Below, in pieces: positions 8,705 to 17,336 of a stretch of 43,538 nucleotides of DNA. Source of the stretch: a bacterium (lineage in GTDB: Bacteria; Hinthialibacterota; Hinthialibacteria; Hinthialibacterales; Hinthialibacteraceae); assembly GCA_041946805.1 (NCBI GenBank), contig JBHGBC010000036.1, positions 1 to 43,538 of the forward strand, in the 5' to 3' direction. The notes beneath the pieces were generated by a model, which worked only from the letters and a program-made list of their open reading frames with translations, did not search any database and was not told the origin of the DNA. The first letter of the stretch is position 1, and every line of letters starts with the position of its first letter. The position numbers and the translations under genes were made by a program.

Positions 8705-9637
8705 TTATTTCAACGCTTCAACAATGGTGTTGACGTTATGTTTGATCATGCCGGTGTAAGTTCCTTCGGGCGTTCCTGCGGGACCCATGGCGTCGGAAAA
8801 AAGTTCACCGCCGACGCGGACCTCGTGTCCCCGGGCCCGGCAGCCTTCGACCAGGGCTTCGATGGACCGCCGGGGGACGCTCGATTCCACGAACACCGCC
8901 TTGATTTGGCGTTCGGTGATCAGGTTCACCAGCCGCTGGAGGTCCTGCAGGCCGAATTCGGAGGCGGTGCTGATGCCTTGCAGGCCGGTGACTTCGATGT
9001 CATAGGCGCGTCCGAAATACCCGAAGGCGTCATGAGCGGTGACCAGCACTCGCCGTTCCTTGGGGATGGTTTGGATTTTTTGCCGGACATCCTCGTGCAG
9101 CCGTTCCAGCGCCTGCCGGTAGGCCTCTCCGTTTTTCTCGTATTCCGCCCGCCCGGCCGGGTCGAGGGCCGAGATCTCCTGGATCACCACCGGGATAGTC
9201 CGCGCCCAGAGGCTGACATCCATCCAAATGTGAGGATCGGGGTGGCCTTCGAATTGCGGCGGATGGTGAAGCAGGGAGGGATCGAGCCGCCCGCCCAAGG
9301 CCACGGACGCGGCCGGCCCGCCCGCGCGGGCAATGCGTTCCAATATATCGGCCATGCGCCCTTCCAGCATCAAGCCGTTATAGAAGACGAGGTCCGCGGA
9401 CGAAAGGCGGCCGATGTCGCCTTGCGAAGCCTTGTAGAGATGGGGATCGACGCCGGGCCCCATCAACGCGGTCACCGCCACGCGGCCGCCGCCCACGTTT
9501 TTCACCAGGTCGGCGATCTGCGAAGTCGTCACCGTGACCTGGATTTTCCCATCGGATTCAGGGGAGGGAGGACCGCTCGAGCACGACAACCAAAAGGCCG
9601 CGGCCAGGATGAGCAGGCTATTTTGCAGAAACCTCAT
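8705..9637 (-). CDS. Metal ABC transporter substrate-binding lipoprotein (MntA/TroA-like)
   Basis: Lipobox-like WLSC; cluster A-I motifs MGPGVDPHLY, DPHIWMD, TAHDAFGYF, LFSDAMG. Start moved to ATG 9637 with GGGAG RBS. Confidence 0.95.
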   Translation of the reverse strand: MRFLQNSLLILAAAFWLSCSSGPPSPESDGKIQVTVTTSQIADLVKNVGGGRVAVTALMGPGVDPHLYKASQGDIGRLSSADLVFYNGLMLEGRMADILERIARAGGPAASVALGGRLDPSLLHHPPQFEGHPDPHIWMDVSLWARTIPVVIQEISALDPAGRAEYEKNGEAYRQALERLHEDVRQKIQTIPKERRVLVTAHDAFGYFGRAYDIEVTGLQGISTASEFGLQDLQRLVNLITERQIKAVFVESSVPRRSIEALVEGCRARGHEVRVGGELFSDAMGPAGTPEGTYTGMIKHNVNTIVEALK

Positions 9638-9720
9638 GCAGGTGTACTCCCTATTTTGTTTATCCCGGTCATTCATACCCTGGCCGGGATTCTTATCCAA
9701 AGGAATAAGAGATAACTCGA

Positions 9721-9802
9721 TCCCTCTCCCTCTGGGTGAGGGTGAGGGGAAACCCTGCCATCGAAAGCCTTCACCCCGGCCCTCTCACAAAGGAAGAGGG
9801 AG
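9721..9802. repeat. Inverted pair of degenerate BoxC-like repeats
   Basis: TCCCTCTCCCTCTGGGTGAGGGTGAGGGG (9721-9749) and an opposite-orientation CCTTCACCCCGGCCCTCTCACAAAGGAAGAGGGAG (9768-9802). Confidence 0.75.
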
Positions 9803-9884
9803 AAAGCTGACTACCGCATCCATTTCGAGTGTTGAGTTGATGATATGTCCATCCAGTACTTGTTCACCTCGAGTTTCTAATGGC

Positions 9885-10550
9885 TCATATTGAAATAAAT
9901 ACATTTCTCGCCACTTCCGGCCCGATGGCGTGTTGCTGGCCGCCGATCTGGACGCGATACGGCCCGCCGAAGGGATCCCGGGCGATCAGGACGACTTCCA
10001 CTCCGGGAAACAACCCCATTTCACCCATGTACCGCAGCATGGCCGCGTCGTCGTTGCTGACATGCTGGATGATCCCCCTCTGGCCGGGCTTGAGCTCCGC
10101 CAGGCGCCGGCTCCGCGTGTTTTCGACCCATCCGTCCTTGCCGGGGATCGGCGCGCCGTGCGGATCGCGGGTGGGAAATCCCAGATACGCGTCGATCTTG
10201 TCCTCGAAGCTTTCCGAGATGACATGCTCCAGGCGCTCCGCCTCTTCATGGACCTGGTCCCAGGTGAAATGCAGGGCTTCGATGAGATACAGTTCGATCA
10301 GGCGGTGGTGGCGGATGACCCGCAGGGCGATTTTTTCCCCGGTGGAGGTCAAGCGGATCCCCTGGCGGCGCGAATAGCGGATCAGGTTCATCTCCCCCAG
10401 GCGCTTGACCATCTTGGTTACCGCGGCGGGGGAGATCCCCAGCTGGCCGGCCACCAGGGAGGGGATCACCACCGGGTGCTCGCGGGCCAATTTGTATACG
10501 CTCTTCAAATAGTCCTCGGCGGCTTGTCCGAGGAGGGAACTCGGCGTCAT
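9885..10550 (-). CDS. mntR: DtxR/MntR-family metal-dependent repressor with C-terminal FeoA/SH3-like domain
   Basis: EDYLKSVY, HTH (LGISPAAVTKMVKRL), RHHRLIELYL, VHEEAERLEHVIS, PTRDPHGAPIP, FeoA-like tail; first gene of the metal ABC operon. Confidence 0.93.
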   Translation of the reverse strand: MTPSSLLGQAAEDYLKSVYKLAREHPVVIPSLVAGQLGISPAAVTKMVKRLGEMNLIRYSRRQGIRLTSTGEKIALRVIRHHRLIELYLIEALHFTWDQVHEEAERLEHVISESFEDKIDAYLGFPTRDPHGAPIPGKDGWVENTRSRRLAELKPGQRGIIQHVSNDDAAMLRYMGEMGLFPGVEVVLIARDPFGGPYRVQIGGQQHAIGPEVARNVFISI

Positions 10551-10554
10551 CCCG

Positions 10555-10596
10555 GTGTTACCTAGGGTAAATAAATCAATTTAACCGTGGTTAAAT
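10555..10596. promoter_or_regulatory. Putative tandem DtxR/MntR-family operator
   Basis: Perfect 8-2-8 palindrome ATTTAACC-GT-GGTTAAAT at 10579-10596 and a degenerate copy GTGTTACCTAGGGTAAAT at 10555-10572, directly upstream of the regulator start. Confidence 0.75.
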
Positions 10597-10622
10597 CTAC
10601 CGGGGAAACCTTGATCCGTCAA
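10594..10622 (-). promoter_or_regulatory. Sigma70-type promoter of the metal ABC operon
   Basis: Minus strand TTGACG-17 nt-TAGATT; the -10 element overlaps the operator palindrome. Confidence 0.65.
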
Positions 10623-10749
10623 GTGGGAATCACCTATACGGACCCGAAGTCTGTTTGGTAAGATGCCATTGAGGTTTATTTGTTTGACATGGGCCTATTT
10701 TTCGAATTGGGTGTTTGGTATCGGAGGGATAATGGAAAGAAACTGCAAT

Positions 10750-10875
10750 TCCCTCTCCCTCTGGGAGAGGGTCAGGGTGAGGGATTCCTATTAGGGGGCG
10801 GACCAAGATGTCCTACCGTACATCCAGTGAATGGAATGCCCTTTTACCATCGAGCATGTACTGACTGGAAGAACC
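10750..10875 (+). repeat. Composite repeat (BoxC-like + hairpin + tail) related to 8575-8701
   Basis: TCCCTCTCCCTCTGGGAGAGGGTCAGGGTGAGGG, then TAGGGGGCGGACC..GTCC, ATGGAATGCCCTTTT and GGAAGAACC, colinear with the right half of the 8486-8704 element. Confidence 0.75.
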
Positions 10876-10907
10876 GATTTTATTCAATAATCCAAGGAGT
10901 GAAGCGG

Positions 10908-12956
10908 ATGCGTGGCTTTTTGATAGGTATGGGGATCGTTTGCTGGATGGCGCTCGGGGCCGGGGGCGGGGAAGCGCCCGCGCCGGGAGTGGATTGGGCG
11001 GATGTCCTGCCAGGGGAGCTGGATGGATACCCCGCGTCGGAGATGATGACCCGGTATCTGCGCAACCAGGTATATCAGGCGCTCGACCGGCGGGAAGCGG
11101 CGTGGGAACAGATTAAAACACTGGAACAGATCGCCGGATATCAGAAGACCATGAGGCAATTTTTCGTGGAGCAATTGGGGGGATTCTGGGAAAAAACACC
11201 GCTGAACGCGCAAACCACCGGCAGCCGGAATTTCGCCGATTACCGCCTCGAGAAACTGATCTACCAGAGCCAGCCGGGCTTGTACGTGACCGCCGTGCTC
11301 TACCTGCCGAAATCGGCTCCTCCCTTTCCCGGCGTCCTTTTTCCGTGCGGGCACAGCGATAACGGCAAGGCGTCGGATGTCTATCAACGGGCCTGCGTGT
11401 TGCTGGCGAAGCATGGCTTCGCGGTGCTCTGCTACGATCCCTTCGACCAGGGTGAGCGGTACCAGATCCTCGACGGGCAGGGGAAGCCCCAGTTCGGGGG
11501 AACCCTCGGCCATACCCTGGTGGGCATCGGGAGCATCCTGCTGGGCCGGAACGCGGCCACCTACCGGATCTGGGACGGCATCCGGGGGATCGATTACTTG
11601 ACTAGCCGGCCGGACATCGATCCCGCGCGCATCGGCTGCACGGGCAACTCGGGCGGGGGGACGTTGACCAGTTACCTGATGGCCCTGGATGAGCGGATCG
11701 CCTGCGCGGTCCCCAGTTGTTATCTCACCACCTTGCGTAACCAGGAGCCGCAGGACGCGGAACAGAACATCCACGCCCAGGCGGCTTTTGGCATGGACCA
11801 TGCGGATTACCTGCTCATGCGCGCGCCCAAGCCCACCCTGATGAGCACGGCCACCCGGGATTTCTTCGATATCCACGGCGCGTGGTTCACATTCCGGCAG
11901 GCCAAGCGCATGTATACCCGCATGGGATTCGCGGAGCGGGTGGAGCTGATCGAAACCGACGCCGAGCATGGCTTTTCGGTCCAGCTGCGCGAGGGCATGG
12001 TCCGGTGGATGAAGCGCTGGCTGATGAAGGTGGAGGATCCTCTCACCGAGCCGGAGATCACGGTGCTTCCCGACGCGGAACTGCAATGCACTCCCCAAGG
12101 CCAGGTGGGCAGGTTGGCCGGAGCGAAGACGATCTACGAGCTGAACCGCCAGATCGAGGCCCAACTCCAAAACGAACGGAAACAGTTTTGGCGAACGGCT
12201 CCCCGGGCGGAAGCGTTGAAGCAAGTGAGGACCCTCGCGGGCATCCGGCCGCTCGATCAAATCCCCCAACTCGGAGTCGACAAGATGGAATCCGTATCCC
12301 GCGAAGGATACGATCTGAAAAAACTGGCGTTGAAAGTGGAGGAAGGACTATGGATTCCCGCGGTGGTGTTGGTGCCGGCCGCGTCACCCGGTGAGGATTT
12401 CTACCTGATTTTGGACGGCGGCGGCAAGGAGAGCGTCCTGCGGCCGGAGGGATTGGCCGTGAACCTGGTGCGCCAAGGGAACAGGGTGATGGCCGCCGAT
12501 CTGCCGGGCTTGGGCGAGACCGCCGGACCGGCGGGAGCGAACGACTGGAGCACATACATCGGACCGTGCTGGCAGGATGTGTATCTGGCTTACTGTCTGG
12601 GGAAATCGTACGTGGGCATGCGGGCGGAGAACACGCTGGCGCTGGCCCGGTTTTTGACCGAACTGCAACCGGACGGCGTTCCCCGGAGGATTCATCTGAT
12701 CGCCACCGGCGAAGCGGGGCCCGCGGCGTTGCACGCGGCGGCTCTGGAACCGGACCTGTTCGAGACGGTGAAGATCCGCCAGTCCCTCGGGTCCTGGTCC
12801 AATGTCATCCAAAACACGGTCACCAAAAACCAGTTGGTCAACACAGTGCATGGAGCCTTACGGAAATACGACCTGCCCGATCTGGCCGCCACCCTGCCCG
12901 CGGATCAATTGACCATCGAGGAGCCCGTGGACGCGCTGGGCAATCCGGTGAAATGA
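10908..12956 (+). CDS. Secreted alpha/beta-hydrolase (acetylxylan esterase/dienelactone hydrolase-like), two hydrolase-like halves
   Basis: Signal peptide MRGFLIGMGIVCWMALGAG; PGVLFPCGH; nucleophile elbow GCTGNSGGG; DFF and HGF candidate Asp/His; second half lacks the Ser elbow (ATGEAG). Start moved to ATG 10908 with AGGAG RBS. Confidence 0.85.
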   Translation: MRGFLIGMGIVCWMALGAGGGEAPAPGVDWADVLPGELDGYPASEMMTRYLRNQVYQALDRREAAWEQIKTLEQIAGYQKTMRQFFVEQLGGFWEKTPLNAQTTGSRNFADYRLEKLIYQSQPGLYVTAVLYLPKSAPPFPGVLFPCGHSDNGKASDVYQRACVLLAKHGFAVLCYDPFDQGERYQILDGQGKPQFGGTLGHTLVGIGSILLGRNAATYRIWDGIRGIDYLTSRPDIDPARIGCTGNSGGGTLTSYLMALDERIACAVPSCYLTTLRNQEPQDAEQNIHAQAAFGMDHADYLLMRAPKPTLMSTATRDFFDIHGAWFTFRQAKRMYTRMGFAERVELIETDAEHGFSVQLREGMVRWMKRWLMKVEDPLTEPEITVLPDAELQCTPQGQVGRLAGAKTIYELNRQIEAQLQNERKQFWRTAPRAEALKQVRTLAGIRPLDQIPQLGVDKMESVSREGYDLKKLALKVEEGLWIPAVVLVPAASPGEDFYLILDGGGKESVLRPEGLAVNLVRQGNRVMAADLPGLGETAGPAGANDWSTYIGPCWQDVYLAYCLGKSYVGMRAENTLALARFLTELQPDGVPRRIHLIATGEAGPAALHAAALEPDLFETVKIRQSLGSWSNVIQNTVTKNQLVNTVHGALRKYDLPDLAATLPADQLTIEEPVDALGNPVK

Positions 12957-13020
12957 GTGATGGCCCGCTCCGGTGGCCGCCTGGAGGATTCCCGCCGTTT
13001 GACTTGGTTCAGAAGGGAAT

Positions 13021-13045
13021 GTCATCCCCGCGCAAGCGGGGATCC
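13021..13045 (+). repeat. GTCATCCC-type (CGTC-REP/dRS3-like) palindromic repeat
   Basis: GTC-ATCCCCGC-GCAA-GCGGGGAT-CC: 8-bp stem with GNRA loop, matching the widespread GTCATTCCCGCGNANGCGGGAATCC motif. Confidence 0.7.
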
Positions 13046-13178
13046 CGCGGAATCCAAAGCCGCCGGGTATGATTGGTCTTCCACGTTTGCTTTGGATCCC
13101 ACCTGGCGTCCCAGTGGGAGCTACCGGAAGGGCATATTGCCATAGGAGGCCCCGGCTTACCAGCTGGCCGGTGTTTCT

Positions 13179-13306
13179 TTCCCTCACCCTGCCCCTCTCC
13201 CAGAGGGAGAGGGGCAGGGTGAGGGAATTATTGTAGGGCGGAACTTGGTGTCCACTCGAATTTTATCGAGTAGATGGAATGCCTTTTTCCCTAGTGGGTA
13301 CGCAGT
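13179..13306. repeat. Fully palindromic BoxC-like repeat plus composite tail
   Basis: Perfect 23-bp stem TTCCCTCACCCTGCCCCTCTCCC-aga-GGGAGAGGGGCAGGGTGAGGGAA (13179-13227), then GTAGGGCGGA..GTCCAC, ATGGAATGCCTTTTT and GGTACGCAGT as in the other composite copies. Confidence 0.85.
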
Positions 13307-13332
13307 TGTGATCTTCTTGCATCAGTTGTTTC

Positions 13333-15021
13333 TCATCGCAATACGGTATATCCGGCGTTTTCCTTGATCTTCACGAAGTGATCCGCTTTCACGTTTGGGA
13401 GCGTGTCCACCTGGCCGCTGGGCCAGGCCACCCGGATTTGGTCGATCGTTTCCGCTTTGCCCAGGCCGAAATGCAGGCGCAGGTCATAATGGCTTTGGTA
13501 ACTGCTCCCCGCCCGGACCTCGTTCATTTGCTTTTTGCCGCCGGCGGTCACTTCCACGCGCGCGCCGATGCCGTCCCGGTTGCTTTTCACGCCTTCCAGC
13601 CGGATGTTGATCCAGTGGTTGCCGTTGCGCAATTCGTTCAGCAAGACGGTGGGTTCCCGGCGCGAGTTGGAGACCACGATGTCCAGATCGCCGTCGTTGT
13701 CGAGGTCGCCGAACGTTCCCCCGCGGGTGGAACGCCGCACCTGGAATCCGGGGCCGGCCTGGGCGGAGACATCGGTGAAGGTCCCGTGGCCGTTGTTGCG
13801 GAACAGCTGGTTGGGGGATTCGTACTTGGTCTGCGGCTCAATCTTCTCGATGTTGTCCTGCAGGTGACCGTTGGCGATAAACAAATCCGGGAGGCTGTCG
13901 TTGTCGTAGTCAAAAAAGAACGTGGCCCAGCTGACATTTTCCATGCTGCCCGCGATCACGCCGGAGGGGATGGTGACATCCTCGAAGGTCCCGTCCCGCA
14001 GGCTGTGGTAGAGGGTGTTGGGCTGGTTTTGGTAACTGGTCACGATCAGGTCGAACCAGCCGTCCCCGTCGTAGTCGCCGAAATCGCAGCCCATGCTGCC
14101 CTGTTCGTGCCCGTGCAGGTCGTAAGCGACGCCCGCGAAAAGGGCGGTTTCCTGGAACGTGCCGTCTCCCTGGTTCCGATACAGGAAATTTTCGGTGACG
14201 TCGTTGGCGATGTAGATGTCCTGGTCACCGTCGTTATCGTAATCCGTGCAGGAAACGCCCATGCCCCGGCCCCGGTACTGGGCGATGCCGGATTCCTGGC
14301 TGACGTTCCGGAATGTGCCGTCACCGTTGTTGAAGTAGAGGCTGGCCTGCTGCGGTTCGTACATGTTCCAGGTGCTGGGATCGCAGTACACGGGAACGCC
14401 CATGCGCGTGCAGGGCGCGGGCGTGTCCAGGGGGCATTCGATGTAGTTGGCGACGAAAAGGTCCAGCCGGCCGTCTTGGTTGAAGTCGGCCATACAGGCC
14501 CCGGCCCCCAGGCGCGGATCGCCCAGCCCGGCGGCTTTCGTCACGTCGGTGAAGGTGCCGTCGCCGTTGTTGCGGTAGAGCACGTCCTCGCGGAAATTGG
14601 AGACGTAGATGTCCAGGTCGCCGTCGTTGTCGATATCGCCCATCACGCAGCCCATGCTGTAGCCGGTGTCGCCCACTCCGGCTTCGCGGGTGACGTTGGT
14701 GAAGCGGAGATTTCCGCCGTTGCGCCAGAGCTCGTTGGCGGGCGGCGTTGTGAACGTGCGTCCCGGCAGCTCCGCTCCGTTGGCGAAATAGATGTCCAGG
14801 CTGCCGTCGTTGTCATAGTCGAAGAGCCCCAGTCCCGCGGTCACGGTTTCAACCAGGTAATGCCGCCCGCTGCTGCCGTCCGTGTGGACAAAGTTGATGC
14901 CGGTTTCAGCGGTGATGTCGTGAAATCCCGTCTCGCGCGGCGTGGAAGCCGGTTTGCCGCACGCGGACAAGAAAACCGCGAGGCCCAGGAGGGTGATGAC
15001 GGTTTTGGGTGTCTGGTTCAT
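13333..15021 (-). CDS. CRTAC1-family lipoprotein (FG-GAP repeats + ASPIC/UnbV domain)
   Basis: Lipobox FLSAC; repeated DYDNDGxLDI and LYRNxGDGTF motifs; C-terminal SNRDGIGARV..GSSYQS..RLHFGLG. Alternative start at 15051. Confidence 0.92.
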   Translation of the reverse strand: MNQTPKTVITLLGLAVFLSACGKPASTPRETGFHDITAETGINFVHTDGSSGRHYLVETVTAGLGLFDYDNDGSLDIYFANGAELPGRTFTTPPANELWRNGGNLRFTNVTREAGVGDTGYSMGCVMGDIDNDGDLDIYVSNFREDVLYRNNGDGTFTDVTKAAGLGDPRLGAGACMADFNQDGRLDLFVANYIECPLDTPAPCTRMGVPVYCDPSTWNMYEPQQASLYFNNGDGTFRNVSQESGIAQYRGRGMGVSCTDYDNDGDQDIYIANDVTENFLYRNQGDGTFQETALFAGVAYDLHGHEQGSMGCDFGDYDGDGWFDLIVTSYQNQPNTLYHSLRDGTFEDVTIPSGVIAGSMENVSWATFFFDYDNDSLPDLFIANGHLQDNIEKIEPQTKYESPNQLFRNNGHGTFTDVSAQAGPGFQVRRSTRGGTFGDLDNDGDLDIVVSNSRREPTVLLNELRNGNHWINIRLEGVKSNRDGIGARVEVTAGGKKQMNEVRAGSSYQSHYDLRLHFGLGKAETIDQIRVAWPSGQVDTLPNVKADHFVKIKENAGYTVLR

Positions 15022-15065
15022 GGTGAAGTGGACCGGATTTTCGTTAATCACCTGGATAATCCAAT

Positions 15066-15112
15066 ATCCCTCCTCTCCAGGGGAAAGGTCAGGGGAGGGA
15101 AATGGCGGACCT
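15066..15112 (+). repeat. Degenerate BoxC-like composite repeat
   Basis: CCCTCCTCTCCAGGGGAAAGGTCAGGGGAGGGAAATGGCGGACCT resembles the copies at 8575 and 10750. Confidence 0.55.
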
Positions 15113-15291
15113 AATCCAAAATATGATTATAGGGTAATTCTCCTCCCGGAAGGGGATCCAGGTGAAAGGCCGCAGGTTTTAACCAGCGGACCCATTGGCG
15201 CGGGGATGACACTGTTTGAACCTGTGCGGATGAAAAGGAGGGATGAAGTGAGGCCGGGCGGTTTGAACGCCGCGCAATCCTCCCGAAACAC

Positions 15292-16647
15292 TCAAGTCAC
15301 CACGTTGGCCATGTAGGCCGCGTAGGTGTTGTCGAAAGTCTCGTACGGGATGGTGTGGGGCAGATCGTTGTAATTGCAGAAATCCACGATCCGGTCGGTG
15401 ATGTCGCGGGGATCGCAGGCGCGCAGAATCCGGTTGGGCTTGAGATAATATTTTTCGATGATGGTGTCCAGGTCGACGGTGTTGTACTCCAGATTCTTCT
15501 TTCGGCATTCCCAATCGAAGATCAACTTGTAGGTGTTCACGGTGATCTGGCCGATATAGATTTTGTAGCGGATGCGGCGCAGAAACGCTTCGTCCACCAG
15601 CTGCTTGGGATTGAGATTGGTGGCGAACACCACGAACTGCTCGAAGGGGATGGGAAACTTCTTGCCCGTGTGCAGGGTGAGAAAGTCGACCCGTTCCTCC
15701 AGGGGCAGAATCCAGCGGTTCAGCAGGTTGCGGGGATCGACCTGCTGGCGGCCGAAATCGTCGATGATGAAAATCCCGCCGTTCGCCTTCATGTGCAAGG
15801 GGGCTTCGTAGTACCGGGTGACGGGATTGTACCGGAGATCGAGCATGTCCAGGGTCAGTTCGCCCGCGGAAATGACCGAGGGCCGTTTGCACACCAGCCA
15901 GCGCCGGTCCTGGTTTTCACTCACCAGATACCGGTCACCGTAGGTCTTGTTGTTTTGCACCTGTTCGTGGTACACCGGATCGAAGACGCGGATGATGCTG
16001 CCCCCCACGATAATCGAGTACGGAACCGCGACATACCCGCAGCAGTATTCCAAATAATGGGCGATGGACTTGGCCAGCACCGTCTTCCCGGTGCCGGGAG
16101 GCCCGTAGAGGAAGCAGGAGGTTCCCGAGCGGATGGCGGGCCCCAGGACCCCGAAGTACGATTCGTCGAGGATGATGTCCTTCCACGCGTCCCGCAGCAT
16201 CGCTTCCTTGACGGTGATCCCCTTGAGATTGATGTCCTTGACGTACTTGGAATATTGTTCCAGCGTCACCGGGGCCGGCCCCGTGTAGGTGTCGAGTTCC
16301 AAGAGATCCTGCGCGTAATTGCGCCCCTTCTCGACCAGGCTGAAGAGATCCGTGGAATTGCCCAGCCCCCGGCTGCCCCGCTTTTCCGCGAGATTGTTTT
16401 CCAGGATTTCATCCAGAATCCGGTCGATCACGGAGAAGGGCAGGCATAATTTCTCGGCGATTTCGTATCCGCAGATCGTGCCGTACCGGTAGATATGCTT
16501 GATGATCAGATCGCTGAGGAAGGAGGGGGTGAGCCCGGTCGCCAAAACCGTCTTGGGCGAGGGAGGAATGTTCACCCGCTCCCGCTCCATGGTGATCAGA
16601 GTCCCTCCATTATCCAATGGCATCTTTTCCAGCATGGGCGTGTTCAT
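15292..16647 (-). CDS. AAA+ ATPase with N-terminal winged-helix-like region, last gene of the Tad operon
   Basis: Walker A LYGPPGTGKT, Walker B FIIDDFGRQ, FATNL, DEAFLRRIRYKI; 66 nt downstream of the OmpA gene on the same strand. Confidence 0.85.
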   Translation of the reverse strand: MNTPMLEKMPLDNGGTLITMERERVNIPPSPKTVLATGLTPSFLSDLIIKHIYRYGTICGYEIAEKLCLPFSVIDRILDEILENNLAEKRGSRGLGNSTDLFSLVEKGRNYAQDLLELDTYTGPAPVTLEQYSKYVKDINLKGITVKEAMLRDAWKDIILDESYFGVLGPAIRSGTSCFLYGPPGTGKTVLAKSIAHYLEYCCGYVAVPYSIIVGGSIIRVFDPVYHEQVQNNKTYGDRYLVSENQDRRWLVCKRPSVISAGELTLDMLDLRYNPVTRYYEAPLHMKANGGIFIIDDFGRQQVDPRNLLNRWILPLEERVDFLTLHTGKKFPIPFEQFVVFATNLNPKQLVDEAFLRRIRYKIYIGQITVNTYKLIFDWECRKKNLEYNTVDLDTIIEKYYLKPNRILRACDPRDITDRIVDFCNYNDLPHTIPYETFDNTYAAYMANVVT

Positions 16648-16713
16648 GATTTTCCCGGTCGCTTTCCCTGATCCGGAACCGCCCTCTCACGGTCCCGGTT
16701 TACCGCGCGGTTC

Positions 16714-17322
16714 TTATTGCTTGGCCTCGGACATGATCAGATTGATACCCGTCGCGCGCGAATCGGAGGCTTTCTTGTCTTGCAGGGTCTTCCGGTAGGC
16801 GCGGATACCTTCCTTGGCCGTCATCCCGTCACCCTGGTCGAACATTTTGATCACCACCTGGCGGTTCTTGGCGCGTTCGGAATCGATCCAATTGGTGGCC
16901 GCCGGCCGGCCCTCGCCGTAACTGCGGATCACCAGCCGTTCATCCCACACGCCCGCGCTCTTGAGATAGTCGGCCACATTGAGGGCCCGCTTGTAGCCCA
17001 GGCGGAGGTTATACGGTTCCGTGTTGAAATGGTCGGCGTGGCCTTCCACGATCACCACGCCTTCCCGTTGCGCGATGTCCTGCGCGATCCAATCCAGGGC
17101 GGTCTGGGCGTCCGCCGTCAGGAAATCCTTGTCATACTGAAAATGGACCGCTCCCAATACCGTTTCCGGCTGCGCGGCGTTTTGCGCCATCGCGTCGAAG
17201 GGGGCCTGGACCGTGGCCCCAAAGGGCGGAGCCGCCGTGACGTCCGCCGGCGTCTGGGTTTTTGCCGTTTCGCATCCCCCGCAGTACCACGCTACCATGA
17301 TGATCAGCATTGTGCGTTTCAC
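16714..17322 (-). CDS. OmpA-domain (peptidoglycan-binding) lipoprotein
   Basis: GTG start at 17322 with AAGGAG RBS; signal ending CGGC; VHFQYDK, VEGHAD, YNLRLGYKRA, SYGEGRP, RAKNRQV. The 512-aa track ORF is over-extended into tadC. Confidence 0.88.
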   Translation of the reverse strand: MKRTMLIIMVAWYCGGCETAKTQTPADVTAAPPFGATVQAPFDAMAQNAAQPETVLGAVHFQYDKDFLTADAQTALDWIAQDIAQREGVVIVEGHADHFNTEPYNLRLGYKRALNVADYLKSAGVWDERLVIRSYGEGRPAATNWIDSERAKNRQVVIKMFDQGDGMTAKEGIRAYRKTLQDKKASDSRATGINLIMSEAKQ

Positions 17323-17336
17323 CGTCCTACTCCTTT

